From a virus (taxonomy: Duplodnaviria; Caudoviricetes), in IMG/VR virus record IMGVR_UViG_3300023174_000544, positions 1-27,478 of that record: a stretch of DNA of 27,478 nt; one strand, written 5' to 3'. Under the pieces are notes generated by a model. It made no database searches and had not been told where the DNA came from. It was given only the letters and a program-made list of their open reading frames with translations. How positions within the stretch are numbered: position 1 is the stretch's first letter; the number at the start of each line of letters is the position of its first letter. This document shows, piece by piece, positions 17,195 to 25,897 of the stretch. Position numbers and translations under genes: made by a program.

Positions 17195-17373
17195 GCTAAT
17201 TTTTTGGTAGAAGATTTAAAATGACCATCAAAAAGATTCATTAGTTCTTCTTTTCTCTTGATGAGTTTATTATAATCTTTTTGGGTTTCTTTCCCGTCAG
17301 TTTCCAGTCTTCCAAGCCTGTAAAGAACCTGGCCATACTCATAAATAAGTTCTTCCAAATCTTTGTTGCTCAT
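17170..17373 (-). CDS. Small coiled-coil hypothetical protein
   Basis: 67-aa ORF directly behind a sigma70-like promoter. Confidence 0.65.
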   Translation of the reverse strand: MSNKDLEELIYEYGQVLYRLGRLETDGKETQKDYNKLIKRKEELMNLFDGHFKSSTKKLAQTLGVCD

Positions 17374-17377
17374 AGTC

Positions 17378-17410
17378 TAAATATTATACACGGAACCGTT
17401 TGAAAGTCAA
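17378..17410. promoter_or_regulatory. Overlapping opposed promoters: sigma70-like (-) and late TAAATA (+)
   Basis: Minus strand TTGACT(17410-17405)-N16-TATAAT(17388-17383); plus strand TAAATA at 17378-17383. Confidence 0.7.
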
Positions 17411-17413
17411 ATA

Positions 17414-20400
17414 ATGCATCCTATATTACTGAATACAAACATTTCTCAATCAGGTATTACTGCAGCAACACCTTTATATGGAGTAATGGATCAATCTCCT
17501 TATGGTTACTGGAATCAGGGATTGACTTGGGGAAGCCAACATGGTTTGACATATATGTGGCCGATGGTTCATTATACCATATACGGTAGCTGTGGACCGA
17601 GATTAGTTGATTTAAATAATGGTGTTTTTCCAACATCAGATGGAGCAGTTTTTGTTACAGCACAAGATTGGCCTGGAATTGGACAAGATCCATATACTCC
17701 AGGTGAGATTAATGGTGCATGTGGTCCTTGGAACACATCAACGGGATATATTGGCTTGACATTTGGCGCTACTGGTTTTTTGGATATTAGAACCGCTCAA
17801 AGAATTGTAAGTGAAAATAGATGGATTCCAGAAAAATATAGAGTATTGTCTCCATATAGAATATGGAGATTTATAACTTCTACAACTGGTATACCAGGAA
17901 CAGAAGACATAACTTTAACTTCAGGATTAAAAAAATCTCATTGGCTAAAACGTAAAATGTCTTTTTTACGAGCCGAGTTAAAAGCTTTTTGTTCATATAC
18001 GGGATCAACAGGTTTTTTCTTTGGTGGCGGTATTGAAAACGATGATGAATTTTATCAAACTTATAGTTTTCCTAATTTAAATGATGATCAAAATTTTAAA
18101 AATTTATACGTATATGCAAATAATTCACCTACTGGAAGTTCTTGGTATGCTTCATTTTCGGGACAATCGGCAGCACCAGATTCATTAATAGCAGAAGGTA
18201 TAACTTCTTTTAGGGCATTTCTTCTTACAAGAGGATGGACTACTGATCCTTCATCATTTAAATTTATTGATGGTATTACAGCGCAAGGTTCTGCTGGTGT
18301 TTCGGGAAATATCGCTGCAGCCAATTCAAGAGATATGTGGCTAGGAAACGAATTTGCTTATGCATTAAAAGATTGGACAGCAGCTCACTGGCAAGATTTA
18401 TTTGATGATTTTAAACTTTATAATAATCATTTAGCCGATAATAATTTATACGGTTCTTATGGATATTATTATACTAATGCAGGTATTTCTGGTTATAGAT
18501 TATTAAATCCATCTCTTCCAAATTCAACATTTTTAACAAATTTATTTAATATCGGAAGCACTGATGCCATTCCTTATCCATTGTCTCCATCTACTAAAAT
18601 GGCTGATGCAAACATGCGGAGGTATTATTCTTATGATACTTTTAATCCAAATTGTGCATTTCCTGGTAATGTAGGTTATAGAATACCAGGATCAATTTCT
18701 AGTATTAATACATATGGAGCCTTTCCTGGACCAAGTGTTTATAATGGTGGATATGTATTAGATAGAACATTAGATTATAAAGGAAATTCATATAATTTTG
18801 CAAATAATGGAAATACCTATGGCATAGGAATGATATATGGATTTATGATGGAGCAGCAATACTCCTCACTTGGTTCGCCACTAAGCACACCAGCCAAAAA
18901 ATGGATACCAGCCAATTATCTTGGTACAACAACAGGATTACCAAGATTAGTAGATTGTGCAACATGTGCGGAAACAATAGGAATATGTCAGTTTAGACAA
19001 TTTGATTTGACTGGATCTAGCGGTTCTACTTTTCCTATTGCTATAAAAGCAGGTTTTGATAGATCGCCAGAATTACAATCTTGGCATTTGAATCCTGTAT
19101 GGGGAATTACATTTATACCTGCTACTGCATCTTATGGTCCAGCAAATTATATTCCTATATCTATTTCGGATATTATAACTGGTATAACCTATGGAAGAAA
19201 AACTTTAGAAGCTCTTGGTGGAAAAACAACATGGGTTGCTAGTCATTTTGATGCTTGTATGAATCCATATCCTGGAAATACTTTGCCAGCAGGAAGTCTT
19301 TATAATCATTATTGGTCAAACTGGTATCCTATGCACTTTATTGCCTTGTTACAAAATGTTTCTGAAGGAAGACATCTTGCTGTCAATAATGTAACTAGAG
19401 CAGTCGATCAAAGAAATAATCCAAGCAAACAAGTTCCCAATTCTATTTGGAATGGAATTCAAAAACCAATAAATGTTTGGATAGCAAATCAAAAATGGTA
19501 TAGTGTAGATCCAAAACTAGATTCAAATTATTATATTCCAACAGGATTAACTTTTGGATATTATATGGAAAGTACTATGGCAACAGGGAATACATTCCCT
19601 GTTGGTGAAGCAGGACCATTATATTATGAAAATATTCGTCATCAATATTTGAATAAAGTTGGAAGATATTCTTATTGGGGTATTTTTTCCTATACATGCG
19701 TTACAACATCCGTAGGAGGTCAAGTACCTGCTAATAATCAAACATTCCCAAGAAGAATGCTTCCACTAAATACACAAAATCCACAATTACCAAATGGATT
19801 GACATCATATGGAATTTGTGGTGCTATGGCCATGGCACTTGTTAGAAAAGTTAATACAGTTATTGGTGAATGTGATACTTTAGGTAATGGAATGGTTAAA
19901 GAAACTGTTAATCTTGCACCAATAAACTTGGATGAAAGAACTTACTTAGCTTCTGGTGCTCAAAAAATTGATGGAAATTTCTTGTGGAGAATTACCTTTG
20001 CTAATCCAGCAACAGATCCATCACAAATCATAATTCGTGGTTCATGTTCAGGAATAACAACTGGATATAATGTAAGTGGTATAACTGATTACATTAACAA
20101 TTCAAATAATAAATTCGGTGTCTGGTGGACAACGGGAAATCTGGAATATCCAATTGTTGATAATCCTCCAATCCCAGAAGCACTCAGATTTAATTTAGTA
20201 AATCTTCCAGAAAATCCAAAATTAATGTTTAATGCAGCTACAACTGCTGAAGCTAGACAGGCAATACCGAAAGATTATGTAAATCCAGATTTGTTTTGCA
20301 TTATGTATCCACCCTATGGTTATTGGAGACAAGCAGAACGTTGGGGAAGTCAAAATGGTTTGACTTATATGTGGCCTGTTATGAGTGTTATAAAAGGAAG

Positions 20401-23326
20401 AAATGGACCAAGTCAAAGTAATTTGAATTCAGGAATATTTCCACCTAACGCAGGTGTAGATCAAGGTTGGACTGGTGTTGGATTTAATAATGATCCAGAT
20501 GTTGATATTGATATGTCAGTGGCACCATGGAATTCGGCCACAGGATATATTGGTTTGACATTTGGTGCAACCGGATTTTATTCAAAATCCGGTTTAGATA
20601 GATTTGCTCAAGATTATGCGTGGATACCAAACAAGTATAGAGTTTTGATGGCCGACAGATGGTGGAGAGCACAAACAAATAGTCCACTGCCAGATACTGA
20701 AATTATTACCATGTCAAATGGTAATACTATTAAAAGTCCATGGTTAAAACGTAAAGTTAACTTTTTACGTACAGAATTAAGAGCAATATATGAGTATTTG
20801 TCTGGAAAAGGTTTTACTATGGCTCATATTGATTTTGATGATGAACTTTATAATTCTCTTGGTGATGACATAGGAAATATTCCAGCTAATGGTGATTCAA
20901 ATTTTTATTTGAAATATCTATATCCCAATAATGGAGCAACTGGATCAAAATGGTATGCTAATTTTTATGGATCATGTGCTGCTCCTGATTGTCTTATTGT
21001 TCGCGGAATTACTTCAATGCGTTCGCACCTTTTGACTAAAGGTTTTACAACAAATCCATCAAATTATCGTTATGTTGAAGGATTGACTGCTATATCTGGT
21101 CAAACACAAGCCGATGGCAATATTGCTATGAGTGGATCACCATTTCAATTTTTAAAATGGGAGTATATATCAGCAATTCAAGATTGGTATGCTGGGCATT
21201 GGAATGATTTTGTTGATGATTTTAAATTATATAATGGTATTAGTGCTGATAACTCTTTATCTGCCGACTATGGATATTTTAAATTAAATAATGCAGTAAT
21301 TAATTTTACAGACCCATCATATACAAATAATTTTTATGTAAACAATAATCGTTTATCAAATTCATTAAACCGTACAAATTCTGATTATGTTCCTTATGTT
21401 ACAACAGTAGATCCTGCAAATAAAAACAGCAGTAAACCTGTATTTGATTATTATGCATATAATGATGCATATAGTTTAGATAATGCCAATCATCTTCTTA
21501 CCGAACAAGTAGGAGATGTTGGATCAATTCATACTTATGGTGGTATTTTACAAGAAGTGGATCCAGCCAGCAATGCTCCAAGAATTATTGATAGAAATTT
21601 AAATTGGAGAGGTAATACATATGGGCTTATAACTAATGGTATTACTTATGGTAAAAATGTAGGTAACTGGTATTGGAATAAGTTTGCAGTTATAGCCAAA
21701 TATGGTGCAAATTCTCCTGAAGCAAGTCTTAATTTTGCTAAAAAGTTTTTTCCTGCAGGATGGCTTGGTTCAAATGCAGTAGCACAATTAAAACAATTCC
21801 CATCATGTGGAGAAATAATGGGTCAAACTGGATTCTTTATGTATGATCCAACTGGTGCAAATGGATCTGTTGCAGCCAATAGTGTAAATGTTAGTTTTGA
21901 CAGAACACCACAATTTGTTTCATGGCATTTAAATCCTGTATGGGGAATCAATATTAGTAGATTTTCTTCGGGACAAGTCAGTGGACCAGCAAACTATTTA
22001 CCAATTCATGGACCTGATATTTATTCTGGATTGACTTATGGAGCAAAAACAGTATTTTACATGTCTATTGCAAGTGATAAGACAACAATACCAAGTGATA
22101 AATTGGACCCCTGTGGCAATCCATTTCCAGCAGTTAATTTGCCTGCGGGAACAATTTATAATAATTATTGGACAAACTGGTATCCTATGGCCTTCATGAC
22201 ATTGCTTATGGATGTAAAATGGGGTAGACAAGTTGCCAAATGTAATGTAGCAAAAGCAGCATATGAGAGAAAAGATCCAGCCAATAATCCAAAAATACCA
22301 GGATCAAAATGGTATGGAATACAAAAACCAATTAATACATGGATTGCACATCAAAAATGGACTAATGATGATCATTTTGATTTAACTAGTAATAGCACAG
22401 TATTATCATCTACATATTATCTTCCTCAAGGTATAACTTTTGGTTATCGCACTAGAACAAATTTTGATGCAACACAATTAGATGGATTTACATTTATATA
22501 TGGTGAAGCAGGACCAATGTATTATGAAAATATTCGCCATCAATATTTGAATAAAACGGGAAGATATAGTTATTGGAATCCAGTAATTTATGATATGACA
22601 TCATCTGATGGTACGCCTTTGGCCTACATGAATGAATCAATATGTTTTGGTGGTCGAAGATATACACAAGCTCAAACATCTCCTCAGAAATCGGGCGGTC
22701 TAACCTGTTTGGGTGTGTGTGGTGCAATGAGAATGGAACTTGCAAGAAAAATCAATACCGTTATTGGTGAATGCCAAACACTTGGAAATGGTACTGTATG
22801 GGAGACAACATATCTTGCTCCAATGAACATGGATGAAAGATCATATCTTATTTCTGGTGCACAGAAAGTAGATGGAAATTATCTTTGGAGAATTACATTT
22901 GCTCATCCTGCCACACAATCTCCAATTATTGTTCGTGGATCTGTAAGTGGTATCACAACTGCTTATAATGTCAATGGAGTTACAAATTATATCAACAATC
23001 CAAATAGCAAATTTGGTATATGGTGGACTACTGATCGTTATGAAGTTCCTATCGTACAAAATCCACCTGTATCTGAAGCTGAAAGATTGGGTGTATTAAA
23101 TCTTGCAGAAAATCCTGCATTTGAATATAATCCATTTACAATGACTGAAGCAAATCCCAGACCAAAGATTAATGCTTTTGCTTTTAATTGGCCATTTGAT
23201 ACTGGTTCCGACACTACAACCCTAAATAATTGGGCAGCAAATGTAAATCTATTTGATTACGTTAGTCCGCTTGCATTCTTTACTCAACGAACACTAAATG
23301 ATGATTGGAAGGATGGTATAGGATAA
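17414..23326 (+). CDS. 1970-aa protein with two ~938-aa tandem repeats; putative virion glycoside-hydrolase-like or carbohydrate-binding protein
   Basis: Duplicated motifs PYGYW...WGSQ.GLTYMWP, GYIGLTFGATGF, SWHLNPVWGI, GEAGP.YYENIRHQYLNK.GRYSYW and KFG.WWTT; rich in G/T/N/Y/W. Confidence 0.8.
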   Translation: MHPILLNTNISQSGITAATPLYGVMDQSPYGYWNQGLTWGSQHGLTYMWPMVHYTIYGSCGPRLVDLNNGVFPTSDGAVFVTAQDWPGIGQDPYTPGEINGACGPWNTSTGYIGLTFGATGFLDIRTAQRIVSENRWIPEKYRVLSPYRIWRFITSTTGIPGTEDITLTSGLKKSHWLKRKMSFLRAELKAFCSYTGSTGFFFGGGIENDDEFYQTYSFPNLNDDQNFKNLYVYANNSPTGSSWYASFSGQSAAPDSLIAEGITSFRAFLLTRGWTTDPSSFKFIDGITAQGSAGVSGNIAAANSRDMWLGNEFAYALKDWTAAHWQDLFDDFKLYNNHLADNNLYGSYGYYYTNAGISGYRLLNPSLPNSTFLTNLFNIGSTDAIPYPLSPSTKMADANMRRYYSYDTFNPNCAFPGNVGYRIPGSISSINTYGAFPGPSVYNGGYVLDRTLDYKGNSYNFANNGNTYGIGMIYGFMMEQQYSSLGSPLSTPAKKWIPANYLGTTTGLPRLVDCATCAETIGICQFRQFDLTGSSGSTFPIAIKAGFDRSPELQSWHLNPVWGITFIPATASYGPANYIPISISDIITGITYGRKTLEALGGKTTWVASHFDACMNPYPGNTLPAGSLYNHYWSNWYPMHFIALLQNVSEGRHLAVNNVTRAVDQRNNPSKQVPNSIWNGIQKPINVWIANQKWYSVDPKLDSNYYIPTGLTFGYYMESTMATGNTFPVGEAGPLYYENIRHQYLNKVGRYSYWGIFSYTCVTTSVGGQVPANNQTFPRRMLPLNTQNPQLPNGLTSYGICGAMAMALVRKVNTVIGECDTLGNGMVKETVNLAPINLDERTYLASGAQKIDGNFLWRITFANPATDPSQIIIRGSCSGITTGYNVSGITDYINNSNNKFGVWWTTGNLEYPIVDNPPIPEALRFNLVNLPENPKLMFNAATTAEARQAIPKDYVNPDLFCIMYPPYGYWRQAERWGSQNGLTYMWPVMSVIKGRNGPSQSNLNSGIFPPNAGVDQGWTGVGFNNDPDVDIDMSVAPWNSATGYIGLTFGATGFYSKSGLDRFAQDYAWIPNKYRVLMADRWWRAQTNSPLPDTEIITMSNGNTIKSPWLKRKVNFLRTELRAIYEYLSGKGFTMAHIDFDDELYNSLGDDIGNIPANGDSNFYLKYLYPNNGATGSKWYANFYGSCAAPDCLIVRGITSMRSHLLTKGFTTNPSNYRYVEGLTAISGQTQADGNIAMSGSPFQFLKWEYISAIQDWYAGHWNDFVDDFKLYNGISADNSLSADYGYFKLNNAVINFTDPSYTNNFYVNNNRLSNSLNRTNSDYVPYVTTVDPANKNSSKPVFDYYAYNDAYSLDNANHLLTEQVGDVGSIHTYGGILQEVDPASNAPRIIDRNLNWRGNTYGLITNGITYGKNVGNWYWNKFAVIAKYGANSPEASLNFAKKFFPAGWLGSNAVAQLKQFPSCGEIMGQTGFFMYDPTGANGSVAANSVNVSFDRTPQFVSWHLNPVWGINISRFSSGQVSGPANYLPIHGPDIYSGLTYGAKTVFYMSIASDKTTIPSDKLDPCGNPFPAVNLPAGTIYNNYWTNWYPMAFMTLLMDVKWGRQVAKCNVAKAAYERKDPANNPKIPGSKWYGIQKPINTWIAHQKWTNDDHFDLTSNSTVLSSTYYLPQGITFGYRTRTNFDATQLDGFTFIYGEAGPMYYENIRHQYLNKTGRYSYWNPVIYDMTSSDGTPLAYMNESICFGGRRYTQAQTSPQKSGGLTCLGVCGAMRMELARKINTVIGECQTLGNGTVWETTYLAPMNMDERSYLISGAQKVDGNYLWRITFAHPATQSPIIVRGSVSGITTAYNVNGVTNYINNPNSKFGIWWTTDRYEVPIVQNPPVSEAERLGVLNLAENPAFEYNPFTMTEANPRPKINAFAFNWPFDTGSDTTTLNNWAANVNLFDYVSPLAFFTQRTLNDDWKDGIG

Positions 23327-24717
23327 TGGGTGGATTAAGTGCAGCCATTTCACGATTGTTAGCATTGCCAAAAAATAAAAGAGCAATAGAACCATATTCT
23401 TTTGCTTTTGGTTATTGGACTTTTAATTCGGACAAAGGAATAACTGGATCATCTGGTGGACAGACTTTTTATACTGATCTTGGAGTAGCAGGATTTTGTG
23501 CTGGAGTTTGGTCTACACCATGGGCCAATAATGGTCTTTCATTAGGTAAAGCTGCTTGGAATAAAGTTTTAGATGCTATTGGTAATTCTGGTGGTGTTAT
23601 TGATTGGTTATTTGCTGATGTTGAAGTAGATACTACTGGAAATGGCGACTTTACTAGTTTTACAATAACAGGTATTACTGGTTTAACCGCAGCATTTGCA
23701 AGAAATTCAAATTATACGCAGTCATGGAATGGAGTTACTTCTTTAAGTGCACAAATGGCGGCAGAAGGTGCTACAATTGATAAAATAAAATTATCAGCAG
23801 CACAATCATATGATTATGTTGTTTGGAATAAATCTGTCGAAACTTTTAGAAATAAATTAATTGATAAAGTTTTATGGGAACCAACAGTAGCAAGATATCC
23901 ATCTGCACAAGGAAGTAATTATGATGCATTTTACAGTGGAAGCACTTCTGATGCTCCACCAGATTTAAATGGTCATCCAGAATATCGTTCCAATATGGTT
24001 GGTAATGCCACATCACCAGTTTTATATGGAGAAATTGATACTATTCAAACAGGATGGCAAATTAGTACATCCGATTCAACCCGATTATTACCTGGAGCAA
24101 CTACAAATCCTGTATATACAGTTTCTAGAAGTCCTTGGAGTAGTTTTTTAATTACTATGCAAAAATTGCGTTCAGCAAAAAGAAATGCTCCAAATATTCC
24201 TTTAACTCCTTGGATTGCATCTCCACTTTATACAGGGGGTGGTACATCAGATAAACCACCACCAGTAGGATTTGCTGATGTAAAGGCTGGATGGAATGCA
24301 AATGTAGGACAAACTTATAGTGCAGCAGGAAATTCAGCATATTATTATGAATTAGTAAGACATGCTGCTTTACATGGAGTAAAAGCATTTGGTTATTTTA
24401 ATGATTATGGCACAAATGCAAGCGGCATTACTGCGATGGCATTACTTCTTAATAATACATTAACCGAAATAAATTCTAGAATTGGTGGATTTACTTTAGG
24501 AGTTGCATCTACAAATACCAGTAGAGTAGACTGGTTGAGCAAATATCTTGTAAGTGGTGCGCCAGCATATTATGGTTCAACATATTGGTGGAGAGTTACA
24601 GTAAAATCGGGAAATACTTTGTCAGTACAGGGCACAACATTGCCAGGTCCATCTGGTAATGTTGGTATGTGGGTGGAAACAGTTGGTAATACTCTTACAG
24701 GAATTACAATTCTTTAA
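23326..24717 (+). CDS. Diverged third copy of the repeat unit in 17414..23326
   Basis: TAATG stop/start overlap. YYYELVRH, YLVSGA...WWRVT and VGMWVET align with YYENIRH, YLASGA...LWRIT and FGVWWTT. Confidence 0.75.
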   Translation: MGGLSAAISRLLALPKNKRAIEPYSFAFGYWTFNSDKGITGSSGGQTFYTDLGVAGFCAGVWSTPWANNGLSLGKAAWNKVLDAIGNSGGVIDWLFADVEVDTTGNGDFTSFTITGITGLTAAFARNSNYTQSWNGVTSLSAQMAAEGATIDKIKLSAAQSYDYVVWNKSVETFRNKLIDKVLWEPTVARYPSAQGSNYDAFYSGSTSDAPPDLNGHPEYRSNMVGNATSPVLYGEIDTIQTGWQISTSDSTRLLPGATTNPVYTVSRSPWSSFLITMQKLRSAKRNAPNIPLTPWIASPLYTGGGTSDKPPPVGFADVKAGWNANVGQTYSAAGNSAYYYELVRHAALHGVKAFGYFNDYGTNASGITAMALLLNNTLTEINSRIGGFTLGVASTNTSRVDWLSKYLVSGAPAYYGSTYWWRVTVKSGNTLSVQGTTLPGPSGNVGMWVETVGNTLTGITIL

Positions 24718-24742
24718 TACTAAATATTTTAAAGGAACTTTT

Positions 24743-25069
24743 ATGGACCCAATTATAAATCAAATCAATCAATTAGTCAGACAAATCGAAGAGTTAAAAG
24801 AACAACTAGAAATTTCTGATGAAATTATTGATACTATTTTTGAAGAAACCGATGAATTACTTTCCGAAGAAGTTCTTTCCGAAGAAGAAAAAAAGAAAAA
24901 GAAATGGATTCAAGATGCCATTAAAAAGCCCGGTGCGCTTCATAAATCTTTAAAAGTTAAATCAGATAAAGATATTCCTGTTGGTAAATTAGAAAAAGCT
25001 GCCAAAAAAGGTGGTAAGCTTGGAAAGCGTGCTCGTCTTGCATTAACTTTGCGCAAACTAAACAAATAA
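24743..25069 (+). CDS. Small late protein: acidic coiled-coil leader plus basic KWIQDAIKKPGAL domain
   Basis: TAAATA at 24721-24726, AAGGA RBS, ATG at 24743; LLSE| and VLSE| sites separate the acidic and basic halves. Confidence 0.75.
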   Translation: MDPIINQINQLVRQIEELKEQLEISDEIIDTIFEETDELLSEEVLSEEEKKKKKWIQDAIKKPGALHKSLKVKSDKDIPVGKLEKAAKKGGKLGKRARLALTLRKLNK

Positions 25070-25080
25070 TAAATAATATT

Positions 25081-25818
25081 ATGAAACACTTAGAAAATTA
25101 CTACCGTAACCTTTGCGAACAACTTCAACAACAAATTGCTATTCTTGAAGCCAAGATCAAAGATAAGAAGAAGGACAAAAAGGATTCTAAAAAAGGTTCT
25201 AAGAAAGAGAAGATGGCCGACAAGGATTATGATGGAGATGGCGAAGTAGAATCATCAAAGGATGAATACTTTGGTTCTAAGGACAAGGCTATCAAAAAGA
25301 AGATGGCTGAAAAGAAGAAGATGATTAAGGAAGGCCGTGAAGTTCATGGTGGTATTATGAACTACGGTGGATTCCCCAGAGTCATCAAAGAAAATGCAGT
25401 AACAAAAGATTTTCAAGATTCATCAGAAGATGGTCAAGTCAATGTTGCTACAAAACCAAATGATGAAGAAATTACATGGAATGCCAAAGCATATGGCACA
25501 CCATATCCATCAGAATCCTTTGCTGCTGCTGCTTCAGCTGCCATAGCTGCTGGTGATGTAGTAGGAAAGCTTCATGATAGAGCTAGAACTGCAATGGGTC
25601 CAAATTATCAACAAAGAGGCTTTTTGCAAGATCCCGCATTTTTAGCTGCACGTGAAAAACAATTAGCAGCTCAAGCAGCAATGAAAGCACATCCACATTA
25701 TGGTGAAGCTCAAAAAGGTCATCCCTCAACTCGTAGAGGTCCGTTGACTCCTGACGAACAAACTGAACTTCGTGGCTATGGACTGCCTGGTTCTGGTTCT
25801 AGATGGACTGGTGACTAA
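25081..25818 (+). CDS. Probable internal head protein with a DxDxDG loop
   Basis: TAAATA at 25070-25075; N-terminus paralogous to the ORF at 2848; DYDGDGEVES motif; AILE|, MIKE| and VIKE| sites. Confidence 0.75.
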   Translation: MKHLENYYRNLCEQLQQQIAILEAKIKDKKKDKKDSKKGSKKEKMADKDYDGDGEVESSKDEYFGSKDKAIKKKMAEKKKMIKEGREVHGGIMNYGGFPRVIKENAVTKDFQDSSEDGQVNVATKPNDEEITWNAKAYGTPYPSESFAAAASAAIAAGDVVGKLHDRARTAMGPNYQQRGFLQDPAFLAAREKQLAAQAAMKAHPHYGEAQKGHPSTRRGPLTPDEQTELRGYGLPGSGSRWTGD

Positions 25819-25826
25819 TCCCCTGT

Positions 25827-25883
25827 AAAGATCGCAAGATCTTTCGACCCCTTCTAATCTCTGCGCAGAAGGGGTTTTTCTTT
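25827..25883 (+). terminator. GCAA-tetraloop hairpin followed by an intrinsic terminator
   Basis: AAAGATC-GCAA-GATCTTT, then ACCCCTTCT/AGAAGGGGT plus TTTTCTTT. Confidence 0.8.
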
Positions 25884-25897
25884 CCATAAATAATTGT

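Noticed and set aside
25841-25851. 11-nt identity (CTTTCGACCCC) with the tmRNA 5' end at 14439-14449
   Set aside because: Too short, does not extend, and no integrase or att context is present; probably chance.
25820-25885. Hammerhead-like stem-GAAA-stem arrangement on the minus strand
   Set aside because: No CUGANGA core upstream; a plus-strand hairpin and terminator is the simpler reading.
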